Positions 18,020 to 27,371 of a stretch of 64,000 nucleotides of DNA are shown here, piece by piece. The notes under the pieces are model-generated. The model searched no databases. It was not told the DNA's origin and worked only from the letters and a program-made list of their open reading frames with translations. Within the stretch, counting starts at the first letter, position 1. Each line of letters starts with the position of its first letter. The position numbers and the translations under genes are program-made. This stretch comes from an uncultured Gammaproteobacteria bacterium (GTDB taxonomy: Bacteria > Patescibacteriota > Patescibacteriia > CAZGFX01): NCBI GenBank assembly GCA_964524845.1, contig CAZGFX010000002.1, positions 157,422 through 221,421 of the forward strand, written 5' to 3'.

Positions 18020-20590
18020 CTATATCGAAAAACCTAATCTATCAGCCACCTCATGATCAACAATTTCTTTCGGCCTACCATATTTGAAACGAGAAAGTTC
18101 TCGGAGAGCTTTTACAAGTTCAGGATTACCACTTTGTGGAGGATAAATTATCATATTAAAAGGATTTGTTGGAACACTATTTATAAGTGTTTTTATATTA
18201 ATTGTATAAGCATCAGGATTCATCAGGTCATATGCAGTAAATATAGGATCGAATTCTTTTGCAATTTCTTCAGCATCCTCGACTCCAATACGATACACAC
18301 CCATCGTACCAACGTTTCCGAAAACAGCATCTTTTATCTTCGTGTCATTGCCTTTTATAAGCTGGGCTAAATATTGATGCGCAATAATTAATCCTAGCTT
18401 GTATTTTCTAGCTTCTGACAAAATAACACCTATACTATCTGTAACGAAATTTTGAAATTCATCCATATAAAGATAAAAATCTTTTCGCTCGCTTTCAGAC
18501 ATACTCGCACGAGATAGTGCAACCATTTGCAACTTACTTACCAATATCAAACCAAGAAGTGCCATATTAGCATCTCCTATCTTTCCTTTTGAAAGAGATA
18601 CGAGAAGAATTTTCTTTTCATTCATTATTTGTTCAAAATTAAAAGAACTTTTGCGCTGGCCAATTACATTGCGCATAATTTTGTTTGTAACGAAAGGCCC
18701 AAACTTCGAACTGAAGTATGGAATCATTTCTTGTTTTTCTCTATCTCCTGTCTGTGCATACTCGTTCTCCCAAAAATCCCTTACAGCAGGATTTTTAACA
18801 TTTTTTGTGTGTTCTTCCGTAAATTTTGGATCAGTGAAAAGACGCGGAATATCAATAAGCGTAGCTCCATATTCAGGATTTTCCATAAGAGTCAAGCATC
18901 CGTTTCGAAAATAATGTTGTAAACGAGGTGAGAATATTTCTTCTCCAAAAATTTTAATGAATATCTGTGTTGCTTCAAGCGCCGCCATATCAGCTTCGGC
19001 AGGAGAATTAATATCAAGCAAATTCAAAGACATCGGTCTATCTAGATCAGCTGGATCGAATACTATTACATCATCTGCTCTTTCTTTTGGAATATTTGCC
19101 AGAATACCATCAATAAGATCTCCGTGCGGGTCAACAACACAAACACCATTTCCGTTTCTTATATCTTGTATGACAAGGTTCTGCAAAAGAACAGACTTTC
19201 CTGTGCCTGATTTTCCTATAAAATACATGTGTCGCATTCTATCTTTATTATCTATGCGTATTGGAATGTCTTTACCCTGATATTCAACATGCCCCAACAA
19301 AATACCTTCGTTTGGAATATTTGAAGGTGGTGGTGGTTTTTTACCTTGCATCCACTCTATTGCAGGAACATCGTTGTTTGGAAGAGGAAAATGAAACAAT
19401 GTTGCCATCTCTTCAACATTTACAATTAATTTAAAATGTTCATCAAATCTGCGATGAATAAAATCAGACACGAACTGTCTTGACGACCCCATTGTAATCG
19501 CCTGAAACATATTTCCATACTGATAAATCGCATATTGGGAAAACGCATTAATAATATTCTGAAGATGAGCATCAACACTTCCCTCCGCAGTACCCGAAAC
19601 GACCACGCGAACATTGAGATCAAGTCCTGCTTTTGATGATTTTTCTTGTATATTTTTCGCCATCTCTTGTTCTTGTTGCGACAGGCTTATGGATTTCTGT
19701 CCTTCAAGTTGTGGAGAAAGAGACGAAGGAGTAAGAACATCCCCGAGTTTTCCGGTAATTTTTACGAACGAATCAACTCCCGTCTTACCGATTCCCGCAT
19801 CACGCATCGCCTGATCAATTCTTTTCCCCTGACTCATCTCACGTGCTACCTTATCACCTGAATTATGCCAAGATTTATGAGCAGAACGCATTATAAACTG
19901 AATTGCAGCTCCTTCGTTTTTTGGATTAAGTCTCGCAATTCCACTAACAATCGTCGTAAGAGGATCAGCCTCCATCTTCTTGTAAGACTTTATTGGAAAT
20001 ATATATGACTGTGAAAGTTTAAGATAAGCGCCTTTCACGATTGAGTCCGGACGAAATATATTATAATCAGTTACATCTTCAACGCGCGCATCAGGATATG
20101 TCGCATGAATATTTTCTTCTATATATGACTTCAAATTTGCCGGAACTACAAAATAAAAATTAATTCGCCCGTGATTCATAACAATTTCACACGCAACCGT
20201 ATCCTCACGACCAAAAAACCTTGATTTCCAACTGATCTTTGGTTTAAGTCCTCCTATACTTAAAAACAACATTTCTGCATAAGCGATGGAATCCTGCATA
20301 AATTGAGCACTATCCTGATTTTGCGCTTCAGAATATTTTTGCAGAGTTATTTTCATCACAATATTCGTCATGCCATATTTCTTTTTGTATTTACGACGAA
20401 CAATTATTTGAACAATGATTATCAAAATCATGATGACAATCAATAATCCAATTCCTATAAGTACCCACATAATCATTGGGTTATTTGCCCAATACCAAAA
20501 CAATCCTGACTCATCAGCATAAACACCGCTTGATAAAGATGGTGTCGTTGGTTTACCTAATGGAGTAATTGCAAAAATAGTCCAAAACAT
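18020..20590 (-). CDS. VirB4/TraG-VirD4-like (DUF87/HerA-related) membrane ATPase
   Basis: RMRHMYFIGKSGTGKS (Walker A), VVDPHGDL, YLYMDEFQNF (Walker B), SEARKYKLGLIIAHQY; N-terminal TM. Confidence 0.9.
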   Translation of the reverse strand: MFWTIFAITPLGKPTTPSLSSGVYADESGLFWYWANNPMIMWVLIGIGLLIVIMILIIIVQIIVRRKYKKKYGMTNIVMKITLQKYSEAQNQDSAQFMQDSIAYAEMLFLSIGGLKPKISWKSRFFGREDTVACEIVMNHGRINFYFVVPANLKSYIEENIHATYPDARVEDVTDYNIFRPDSIVKGAYLKLSQSYIFPIKSYKKMEADPLTTIVSGIARLNPKNEGAAIQFIMRSAHKSWHNSGDKVAREMSQGKRIDQAMRDAGIGKTGVDSFVKITGKLGDVLTPSSLSPQLEGQKSISLSQQEQEMAKNIQEKSSKAGLDLNVRVVVSGTAEGSVDAHLQNIINAFSQYAIYQYGNMFQAITMGSSRQFVSDFIHRRFDEHFKLIVNVEEMATLFHFPLPNNDVPAIEWMQGKKPPPPSNIPNEGILLGHVEYQGKDIPIRIDNKDRMRHMYFIGKSGTGKSVLLQNLVIQDIRNGNGVCVVDPHGDLIDGILANIPKERADDVIVFDPADLDRPMSLNLLDINSPAEADMAALEATQIFIKIFGEEIFSPRLQHYFRNGCLTLMENPEYGATLIDIPRLFTDPKFTEEHTKNVKNPAVRDFWENEYAQTGDREKQEMIPYFSSKFGPFVTNKIMRNVIGQRKSSFNFEQIMNEKKILLVSLSKGKIGDANMALLGLILVSKLQMVALSRASMSESERKDFYLYMDEFQNFVTDSIGVILSEARKYKLGLIIAHQYLAQLIKGNDTKIKDAVFGNVGTMGVYRIGVEDAEEIAKEFDPIFTAYDLMNPDAYTINIKTLINSVPTNPFNMIIYPPQSGNPELVKALRELSRFKYGRPKEIVDHEVADRLGFSI

Positions 20591-20595
20591 AAATA

Positions 20596-20901
20596 TTACT
20601 TATTGTTTTTTAATCGCATAATTTTATCCGCTTTTATTTTTGCTTCTTGTTCCAAATAAAAAGGACTTGCATGAGGAATAATATCAAGCCATTCTTTAAT
20701 ATGTTGCGCAATCTGTATAATTTTGTTTTTCTTTGACAAAAAAAGCTTTTCAATAACTCGAGTTGTTTTTGTACCATACTCAACAAAACGTCTTTGGAGC
20801 TTCGGTGGCATGGTGGCATAATATTCGCCGATGCCATCTTCAAGAATTTTCTCTATAGAGAGAAATAATTCTGATTTTTCAATCTGTTTTTTTGATGACA
20901 T
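20596..20901 (-). CDS. Hypothetical protein upstream of the ATPase
   Basis: IEKILEDG...WLDIIP..SPFYLEQEAKIKADKI; a small ORF ending 5 nt before the ATPase start. Confidence 0.7.
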   Translation of the reverse strand: MSSKKQIEKSELFLSIEKILEDGIGEYYATMPPKLQRRFVEYGTKTTRVIEKLFLSKKNKIIQIAQHIKEWLDIIPHASPFYLEQEAKIKADKIMRLKNNK

Positions 20902-20996
20902 GGAAGTATTTTGACAGAGTTTTATAATTTCGGAGTAATTGTATCATATATTGGGTATAAGTGCCACATAATGCTACAATGCTTATATATTATAAT

Positions 20997-21344
20997 ATGA
21001 TAAAAGGATATAAGAAAAAACACTCCGTAATTGGAGAAGGGTCTCGAAAAAATAGTCTTGTATCTACGATTATTGAGATTCTGCTTAAACAATGTCCTAG
21101 TATAAACAAGGTTATATCTGGTCCGATTGACGCGACATTTGGAAATAATTTTCGTGGAATACGCATACGTCCTCATGTCCGCGAACAATTGCGTATGGTA
21201 TACTACAGCAACTCCGGAAAACAGACTTTTTTTATCTTTTTAAAAGGTGGTCATGATACCGCCATAAAAGAGATGGAAATTGCTAGGGTTTTAGTTGAAA
21301 AACATCTTGGTGAAAACGAGCATTTTATTATTGATACCAAATAA
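20997..21344 (+). CDS. DUF2103-like protein
   Basis: KKHSVIG...INKVISGPI...LRMVY..NSGKQTFFI; abuts cysS. Family assignment from memory. Confidence 0.55.
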   Translation: MIKGYKKKHSVIGEGSRKNSLVSTIIEILLKQCPSINKVISGPIDATFGNNFRGIRIRPHVREQLRMVYYSNSGKQTFFIFLKGGHDTAIKEMEIARVLVEKHLGENEHFIIDTK

Positions 21345-21345
21345 T

Positions 21346-22776
21346 ATGAAATCTTTATATCTATTCAATACACTTTCTAGAACAAAAGAAGAATTTAAAT
21401 CGATAGAACCAGGAAAGATTAGAATGTATTCGTGCGGTCCTACGGTGTATAGTCGAGCACATATCGGAAATATGCGCGCGTATATTTTTGTCGATCTATT
21501 AAAGCGTATTCTTATGACACATGGATACGAGATATTTCATGTTATGAACATCACTGATGTTGGGCACCTTACAAGTGATTCTGACGAAGGAGCTGACAAG
21601 ATGGAGAAGGCGGCGCGCGAAACGAAAGAAACTGTTTGGGATATCGCTAAAAAATATACTGATCTATTCATTGCTGATACGAACAAGCTTCATATTCTTC
21701 CACCAACAAAAACAACAAAGGCAACTGAGTATATTCAAGAACAAATCGAACTCGTACAAACACTTGAGAAAAAAGGATTTACTTATCGAACATCAGACGG
21801 TATTTATTTTGATACTAGCAAATTCCCTTCTTACCCTGATTTCGCGCGCCTCAATATAAAAGGACTCGAACAAGGAGCTCGTGTTGAAACAAATCCTGAG
21901 AAGAAAAACCCAACAGATTTCGCCTTGTGGAAATTTTCAAAAACAGAAGAAAAAAGACAAATGGAGTGGGAAAGTCCTTGGGGAGTTGGATTTCCTGGAT
22001 GGCACATAGAGTGTTCGGCCATGAGTATGAAACTACTTGGAGACCACTTCGATATTCACACAGGAGGAGTTGATCATATACCAGTACATCATACGAATGA
22101 AATTGCTCAATCAGAATGTGCGACTGGACACAAAACTGTAAATTACTGGCTTCATAATGAGTTTATTCTTTTCAATAATGAGAAGATAGCAAAATCGGTC
22201 GGAAACGTTTATACACTCGATGATCTTGAAAATATGGGAATTGAGCCAATTATATACAAGTTTTTTGTACTTCAAACTCATTATAGAAAAAAAGTTAATT
22301 TCATCACCGAAGCTGTATTAGCAAGCAAAGAAGGATATAATAAAATTATAGAATGTATTAATCGTGTTTATTCTTTACCTGAATTATCAAAAACACATTC
22401 TGATAACACAATAATAAATACTTATAAAGAAAATGCTCTGTCAGCAGCAGCAGATGATTTAAACAGTCCTGAAATTATCGCATCTCTGTTTGATCTTATA
22501 AAAGAAATAAACTCAAATATCGATAAGGATGTTTCTGTTGATAAAAAAGAGATTTTATCATTATTTGATTTCTATGATGCGCTTCTCGGACTTGATTTCA
22601 AAGGACATGCGACAATCGATATTCCAAACGATATACGTAAACTTATAGAAAATAGAAAAAAAGCAAAAGAAGATAAAAGATGGGAAGACGCTGATAAAAT
22701 ACGCTTGGAAATAGAATTAAAAGGTTTTTCCATAAAAGACGGAAGAGATGGAATACAAACAATTCAAAAGAAATAA
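21346..22776 (+). CDS. cysS: Cysteine--tRNA ligase
   Basis: YSCGPTVY..AHIGN, DFALWK, GFPGWHIECSAMS, HTGGVDH..VHHTNE, KIAKS. Confidence 0.98.
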   Translation: MKSLYLFNTLSRTKEEFKSIEPGKIRMYSCGPTVYSRAHIGNMRAYIFVDLLKRILMTHGYEIFHVMNITDVGHLTSDSDEGADKMEKAARETKETVWDIAKKYTDLFIADTNKLHILPPTKTTKATEYIQEQIELVQTLEKKGFTYRTSDGIYFDTSKFPSYPDFARLNIKGLEQGARVETNPEKKNPTDFALWKFSKTEEKRQMEWESPWGVGFPGWHIECSAMSMKLLGDHFDIHTGGVDHIPVHHTNEIAQSECATGHKTVNYWLHNEFILFNNEKIAKSVGNVYTLDDLENMGIEPIIYKFFVLQTHYRKKVNFITEAVLASKEGYNKIIECINRVYSLPELSKTHSDNTIINTYKENALSAAADDLNSPEIIASLFDLIKEINSNIDKDVSVDKKEILSLFDFYDALLGLDFKGHATIDIPNDIRKLIENRKKAKEDKRWEDADKIRLEIELKGFSIKDGRDGIQTIQKK

Positions 22777-22799
22777 GAATAAATTATCATTTTTTTTAA

Positions 22800-22830
22800 A
22801 AAAGCCACTGGTTTTTAGCCAATGACTTTT
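22800..22830. terminator. Bidirectional terminator between cysS and the 148-aa gene
   Basis: AAAAGCCACTGG-tttttag-CCAATGACTTTT imperfect stem. Confidence 0.6.
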
Positions 22831-22836
22831 TTGATT

Positions 22837-23283
22837 TTAGTTTTGTAATGCTTTTAATCTTTCGTGCTCATCATAAGAGTATTGCCGCAAAAAAGACGAA
22901 AGACGCTTACACACCGATTGGAACTGGTTGAGATCAAACTTATTTTGTTTCCATCCAAGCCCTGATACGAATATTGTTTTTTCAAATCCGTTGATTATGA
23001 CAGAAACAATAACATTCGATATTGAAATCGTTTTTGATTTCTTGTCACATAATCCAATTGCAATCCCATATTCACCGGAAACCAAAAATGGCTCTGCACA
23101 AAGAATTTTTGTTGGTTTGCTTTCTGTTCCGACACATTGTGTTTTTAAATACTTATTTGACCGTGTTGCTTTCTTTATTTTCCGGAGAATCTGTGGTCCA
23201 AGTCTTTTTTGTATTTCCACGCCTTCTTTTAAACGATTTTGTGTCGTATCATATGCATGCGAAGGAGATTGAGAACAATTCAT
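22837..23283 (-). CDS. Hypothetical protein (148 aa), cassette H
   Basis: AAGGATG 4 nt before ATG; upstream TTGACT at 23359-23354 (the -10 spacing is imperfect). Confidence 0.65.
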   Translation of the reverse strand: MNCSQSPSHAYDTTQNRLKEGVEIQKRLGPQILRKIKKATRSNKYLKTQCVGTESKPTKILCAEPFLVSGEYGIAIGLCDKKSKTISISNVIVSVIINGFEKTIFVSGLGWKQNKFDLNQFQSVCKRLSSFLRQYSYDEHERLKALQN

Positions 23284-23425
23284 AAAACATCCTTTTTTAA
23301 ATAAATTTTATATATAATTTTATTATTACTATTATTATATTAATCATTTTAAAAGTCAATGACCAAAAACGGAGTAATTATTGAGGCGTTTTTTTATTTA
23401 TGATAGGATCTGTATCGCTATACAT

Positions 23426-24523
23426 ATGAGTAATTTTTGGAAAGATCTTAAAAAAGCCGGCAAACCAATAATGGCGCTCGCGCCAATGGCGGGCGTAACC
23501 GACATGTCATTTCGCGGTATATGCAAAGAATACGGTGCAGATGTTATATATACCGAGTTCGCATCAGTTAACGCGCTTTTTTATGATAGCAAAAAAACAC
23601 TCGCTACGCTTAAGTTTCAGGAGCGCGAGCGCCCCATTGTTGTACAAATATTCGGAAAAGATCCAACATTGTTTGCTGATGCCGCAAAAAAACTTGAGAA
23701 GATAGGTTTTGACGGAATTGATATAAATTTCGGATGTCCGGCAAAAAAAGTATTCTCATCAGGTGGCGGAGTATCACTTATGAGAAACCTACCTTTGTGC
23801 AGAGACATTGTAATGGCAACACTTGAAGCAACTCGCCTTCCTGTTTCCATAAAAATAAGGTCATCTATAAAAAGAATACCAACAAAAGAAGAGATAATAT
23901 TTGACCCATCGTGTGAAAAAAACTCCTGTAATAAAAATATTTCAAATAAAACAAATAAAGAAAAAATTACCGCCGAAGACCTTGTTGTCACTCTTATTGA
24001 TCTTCCTTTATCGGCTATTATGATTCATGCAAGAAGTTATGAAACTCCTTTCGATGGAGAACCAGATTTACCTATGGTCAAAACAATTCGTGGATTGTAC
24101 GAAGGAGTTCTTCTGGCAAACGGAGGAGTCCGAGCTCCGGAAGACGCTAAGAAAATGATTAGTGAGACAGGTGCCGATGGTATCGGTATCGCTCGTGGTG
24201 CTTATGGAAATCCATGGATATTCAAACAATGTGAAGAATATATTAATAATGGGACATATCATGAATATACTTTTGATGAAAAAATAAACATTATTATTCG
24301 ACATGCCACGCTCGCAGAAGAAGCAAAAGGCCCTCATGGCCTTATAGAAATGAGAAAACATCTCGCATGGTATGTAAAAGGACTCCCAGGAGCATCTGTT
24401 CTTCGATCAAAACTTGTAAGAACATCAACAATTCAAGAAATAAAAGATATTTTAACACAATATACATTTGAACGACAAAACCTTCCTGATATAAACGAAA
24501 AACAATTAAGCGATATCAATTGA
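23426..24523 (+). CDS. dus: tRNA-dihydrouridine synthase
   Basis: ALAPMAGVTD, VVQIFG, IDINFGCP, VSIKIR, IHAR, ANGGV, IGIARGAYGNPWIF, EMRKHLAWY. Confidence 0.95.
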   Translation: MSNFWKDLKKAGKPIMALAPMAGVTDMSFRGICKEYGADVIYTEFASVNALFYDSKKTLATLKFQERERPIVVQIFGKDPTLFADAAKKLEKIGFDGIDINFGCPAKKVFSSGGGVSLMRNLPLCRDIVMATLEATRLPVSIKIRSSIKRIPTKEEIIFDPSCEKNSCNKNISNKTNKEKITAEDLVVTLIDLPLSAIMIHARSYETPFDGEPDLPMVKTIRGLYEGVLLANGGVRAPEDAKKMISETGADGIGIARGAYGNPWIFKQCEEYINNGTYHEYTFDEKINIIIRHATLAEEAKGPHGLIEMRKHLAWYVKGLPGASVLRSKLVRTSTIQEIKDILTQYTFERQNLPDINEKQLSDIN

Positions 24524-24618
24524 CAAACATATCTACTATGGTATTTTATAAATAAGAAAAATAAAATAAATAACATATTTTAAATTAAACCAAAAATATA
24601 TCATGCAAGGAGGTTTTC
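24520..24618 (+). promoter_or_regulatory. Promoter, leader and SD of cassette D
   Basis: TTGACA 24520-24525 (overlapping the dus stop), 16 bp, TG-n-TATTTT 24542-24547. A-rich leader; AAGGAGG 24607-24613. Confidence 0.65.
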
Positions 24619-25167
24619 ATGGCTTTGAATACCGCTTGTCTATCACAAACAACTTCTGAAAGTCCTGTAAAAATCGAGATTACAGACAAATGGATATATC
24701 AATGGAGAGAGTTGTTTGGAACATTAACTCCAATAGAAGCTATTATTCTAACTTGGCACATAATGGTGCCTGACAAGGTGTGGACACATGATAAATTAAA
24801 AGAAATTGTGTTCAAAATTAAAATAAACAGAAGACTTCCGACAGGATTTTCAAATGATTTTCTACATCAAAAAGAACATTATAAAATAACGGAACATCAT
24901 ATTATTCCACGTTCACGCGGAGGAAGTAATTATCATAGTAATATAGTTGGCCTTGATAAGCTTTTTCATCATTTATGGCACATTGTATTTATTAATATGA
25001 CACCGGAAGAAGCAATGCGATATATTAGAGCAAACAGAACAATAATAGCTAATTACACTTTTAAAAAACATTGTGAAGAAACGACAGAGGAGTTTCCTGA
25101 AAAATATCTAAAAAAATCTCATTTACAAATCATTCATACTGGGAAACATGGTCATTCTGAAAAATAA
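24619..25167 (+). CDS. HNH-like (His-Me finger) protein
   Basis: TEHHIIPRSRGGSN..SNIV.L....HHLWHIVF.NMTPEEA. Confidence 0.75.
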   Translation: MALNTACLSQTTSESPVKIEITDKWIYQWRELFGTLTPIEAIILTWHIMVPDKVWTHDKLKEIVFKIKINRRLPTGFSNDFLHQKEHYKITEHHIIPRSRGGSNYHSNIVGLDKLFHHLWHIVFINMTPEEAMRYIRANRTIIANYTFKKHCEETTEEFPEKYLKKSHLQIIHTGKHGHSEK

Positions 25168-25177
25168 GCACATACAA

Positions 25178-25207
25178 AAAAGCCGTTGGCAAAAACCAAT
25201 GGCTTTT
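25178..25207. terminator. Bidirectional terminator after the HNH gene
   Basis: AAAAGCCGTTGG-caaaaa-CCAATGGCTTTT. Confidence 0.7.
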
Positions 25208-25227
25208 ATTTTTATTAAGTACAAATA

Positions 25228-25872
25228 TTATTGCTCTTCTCCACCAGACTTTTTCTTAGTAAAAACCATGGCCAATATAGGACCCATAATCCACCAAAAA
25301 AGCGCTGTATCACCTGTAAAAACTTGTTTTGTGAACGGAGCCAAAGAATTGATCGATTCTTTCGGTAAAAATGAAAGTACGATGGCGATAAGCAATCCGA
25401 CATGTAATATAGAAAATATCATCACCTGCCACCACGATCCTTTTTGTTCGTTGTTTCCAACAATCGTATTAAGCAATGCCGAACGAGAAATTATGAAAAA
25501 TAGAATAACAAATATCCCTATAAATGAAGATATTTTTATAACAAAAAGATTTTCTATTCCGAAGTTTGTCTCGATTGGATTTTTTATAAACGGCGCGTAA
25601 TTCATAACAGCCAAAGACATATAAATACTCACGAGAATTGTCACTATGCGATCACGCCCGAGCGACATACCATAAAGAAGTGCCGCGACCACGAAAAATA
25701 ATATAATAAACAAATCCCATGATGGATTAGACCAATCAATAGATGTCATTGCATTCTGTGTGTGCACAATCGCTTGATTTGCTGTATCAGTAACAACCGG
25801 CGGAACTTGTATTGTTTGAACGACTTCTTCTACTCCTTGTGCATATGCACTCTGAATCAGAGAAAAAAACAT
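25228..25872 (-). CDS. Multi-pass membrane protein (distantly CvpA-like)
   Basis: PSWDLFII...YGMSLGRDR, about 5 TM helices. Confidence 0.7.
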   Translation of the reverse strand: MFFSLIQSAYAQGVEEVVQTIQVPPVVTDTANQAIVHTQNAMTSIDWSNPSWDLFIILFFVVAALLYGMSLGRDRIVTILVSIYMSLAVMNYAPFIKNPIETNFGIENLFVIKISSFIGIFVILFFIISRSALLNTIVGNNEQKGSWWQVMIFSILHVGLLIAIVLSFLPKESINSLAPFTKQVFTGDTALFWWIMGPILAMVFTKKKSGGEEQ

Positions 25873-25953
25873 GTTTATAAAACTAAAAATAAGCGCTTAT
25901 ATTATACCATATACACCACACAATGTTAAAGAACGTATCAACAGATCAAAAAA

Positions 25954-26775
25954 CTACTCGTTCGATATTCCAAATAGTCTTAATGTGTTTTTGTATGTCA
26001 GCTCTGATATTTCGGACACTGATAATCCTTTTATTTCCGCTATTTTTTCTATGATGCTTGTTATATACAAAGGATTATTTCTGCTACCCCTATAAGGAAC
26101 GGGCGCCAAAAAAGGCGCGTCAGTTTCAACAAGAATATTATCTTTTGATATATTTTTTACAATCTCGGAAAGCATACCAGTTTTATCAAATGTTATAATT
26201 CCGGTAATACCAATACCGAAACCCAGATCTTCAAAAGCTTTGGCTTGCAGAGCAGTACCACCAAAACAATGCATTGACCCTCCGCACAGGTCTTTTTTAT
26301 ACTCTTTAAGAATTGTATAAACATCATCATAAGCATCCCGCAAACAATTTTCTTTTTTCCCTGATCTAGCGTGTATTACTAAGGCTTTTTTGTGTGAAAT
26401 TGCAAACTCAATATGCGAACGAAATAATTGTTTTTGTTTTCCAATCAAATTATCATCTTCTATACCCTCTCCTTCTTGTATCCAATAATAATCGAGTCCG
26501 GTTTCTCCTACTGCGACTACACGAGAAGATGATTTAATTAATTTTTCAAACATTGTTTGATCAAAAAATTTCTTTCCTGCAAATTCTGGATGAATACCAA
26601 TCGATGCGTAAGAATTATTGTATTTTTCAGCAAGTGATACGGCTAATTCACTATCAACAAAATCGGTTCCTATATTAATAACAAGAACCCCTTCTGTAAG
26701 AAGTTTCGAATATATTTCATCGCGATCAACATCAAATTGCGACGCATTAAGATGTGTATGAGAATCAAAAAGCAT
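25954..26775 (-). CDS. tatD: TatD-family hydrolase
   Basis: DSHTHL, GIHP, VGETGLDY, IHAR, HCF, ETDAPFLAP. Confidence 0.95.
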   Translation of the reverse strand: MLFDSHTHLNASQFDVDRDEIYSKLLTEGVLVINIGTDFVDSELAVSLAEKYNNSYASIGIHPEFAGKKFFDQTMFEKLIKSSSRVVAVGETGLDYYWIQEGEGIEDDNLIGKQKQLFRSHIEFAISHKKALVIHARSGKKENCLRDAYDDVYTILKEYKKDLCGGSMHCFGGTALQAKAFEDLGFGIGITGIITFDKTGMLSEIVKNISKDNILVETDAPFLAPVPYRGSRNNPLYITSIIEKIAEIKGLSVSEISELTYKNTLRLFGISNE

Positions 26776-26777
26776 GT

Positions 26778-27347
26778 TTACTCAATATAGCTCTGTAAAT
26801 CCGTAAAATTACTTGGGAGAAGAATGTGAAATATTCCAGAAAGTTCGTTTACAATACCAATAAGATACGAATTATTTAACATAGAAATGACACTTGGAGG
26901 AAGATTTAAGCGCGATATAAAAAAGAAAAATGCGGCAATAAAAAATATACTATATACAGCCCCTAGAAAAGCTCCTAAAATTTTATTTAAAAGCGAAATA
27001 CCTGGAATAACACTAATAATATTAAGTGCCTTAAGAACAATTGAAAAAAGAAAAGAAAATATTCCATTAACAATGGCAAAAATCACTATAAAGGCAACAA
27101 CATATCCTGTTACTCCACTAAGATATGGAATTGACGAAAAAAGTCCGGCAACACCCAAAAAGAAGTGTCCGGCTACAATAATACCGATAATGGCCCCGAT
27201 AATGTTTCCAATCATGGCTACCAAACCTGTTTTGAGCCCACGTATAGCTCCAATAAGCACCACAAAAACAATTACGAAATCAATAATGCTCGTCGTAAAG
27301 AAGCCCTGTATAACACCTGTTATTGCGTCTTGATTCATATGCATCAA
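26778..27347 (-). CDS. cvpA: CvpA-family membrane protein
   Basis: IIDFVIV...GAIRGLKTGLV...NKILGAFLG pattern, 4 TM. Confidence 0.8.
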   Translation of the reverse strand: MMHMNQDAITGVIQGFFTTSIIDFVIVFVVLIGAIRGLKTGLVAMIGNIIGAIIGIIVAGHFFLGVAGLFSSIPYLSGVTGYVVAFIVIFAIVNGIFSFLFSIVLKALNIISVIPGISLLNKILGAFLGAVYSIFFIAAFFFFISRLNLPPSVISMLNNSYLIGIVNELSGIFHILLPSNFTDLQSYIE

Positions 27348-27371
27348 TTATAACATTTTATATAAAAAAAC

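Noticed and set aside
18020-20590. Conjugative element (ICE)
   Set aside because: No relaxase, integrase or other T4SS genes nearby; lone ATPases of this kind are common chromosomal genes in CPR.
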